A DNA stretch of 58,841 nt, counting the filler, from Sphacelaria rigidula (taxonomy: Eukaryota), in assembly GCA_964200075.2 (NCBI GenBank). It is 7 parts of 7 records of this genome, joined end to end, with 100 filler letters (N's around TTAATTAATTAA, not from the genome) between each part and the next. Parts side by side here need not be neighbours in the genome. Positions count along the whole stretch, not along the records: positions 50,522 to 58,841 come from CAXNAA020011539.1; 6 more parts are not named here. One strand, given 5' to 3'. Shown here one piece after another: positions 58,730-58,841 of the stretch. The position numbers and the translations under genes were made by a program. The notes below the pieces were generated by a model that was not told the DNA's origin, did not search any database, and saw nothing but the letters and a program-made list of their open reading frames with translations. Numbering within the stretch: the first letter of the stretch is position 1; each line of letters opens with the position of its first letter.

Positions 58730-58841
58730 AGACTAATGCCGAGATAGCTCCCCCACAAAAAGCGCATCGGAGACCGTCCGATAAACCGGCTGCGATCCCA
58801 CTGTTGGGCTCGTTTGCAGCAATTTCGCCCCCATGAGAGGC
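58730..58841 (+). repeat. Second, inverted copy of 50601-50711
   Basis: agactaatgccgagatagc.cccccacaaaaag.gca.cgg...aaaccggctgcgatcccact.ttgggctcgtttgcagcaa.ttcgccc.catgaga matches the reverse complement of 50601-50711. Confidence 0.9.

Overview
This is eukaryotic draft-assembly sequence, not one locus. Seven unrelated scaffolds of about 8.32 kb (1-8321, 8422-16741, 16842-25161, 25262-33581, 33682-42001, 42102-50421, 50522-58841) are joined by artificial N-TTAATTAATTAA-N linkers. Long GT-AG introns, an FNIP-repeat gene and a heterokont-like plastid leader suggest a brown alga (inference). Genes: a 794-aa low-complexity ORF with a 17-aa tandem repeat; a partial multi-exon gene of unknown function; an SLC35A-type nucleotide-sugar transporter exon; an 8-exon coiled-coil gene with consistent intron phases; a terminal PA14-domain exon; an FNIP/LRR-like array with a frameshifted tail; and the first exon of a probably plastid-targeted DnaG-type primase, head-to-head with another gene. 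The rest is mostly transposon-derived: a decayed Ty3/Gypsy chromovirus carrying a Tc1/mariner MITE, two other probable LTR-element 5' ends, several MITEs, tRNA-derived SINEs, palindromic tandem arrays and microsatellites. I found no clear new multi-gene system, and neighbourhoods across linkers mean nothing. The best leads are the FNIP array, the 17-aa repeat protein, the organellar DnaG, and several apparently uncharacterised repeat families.
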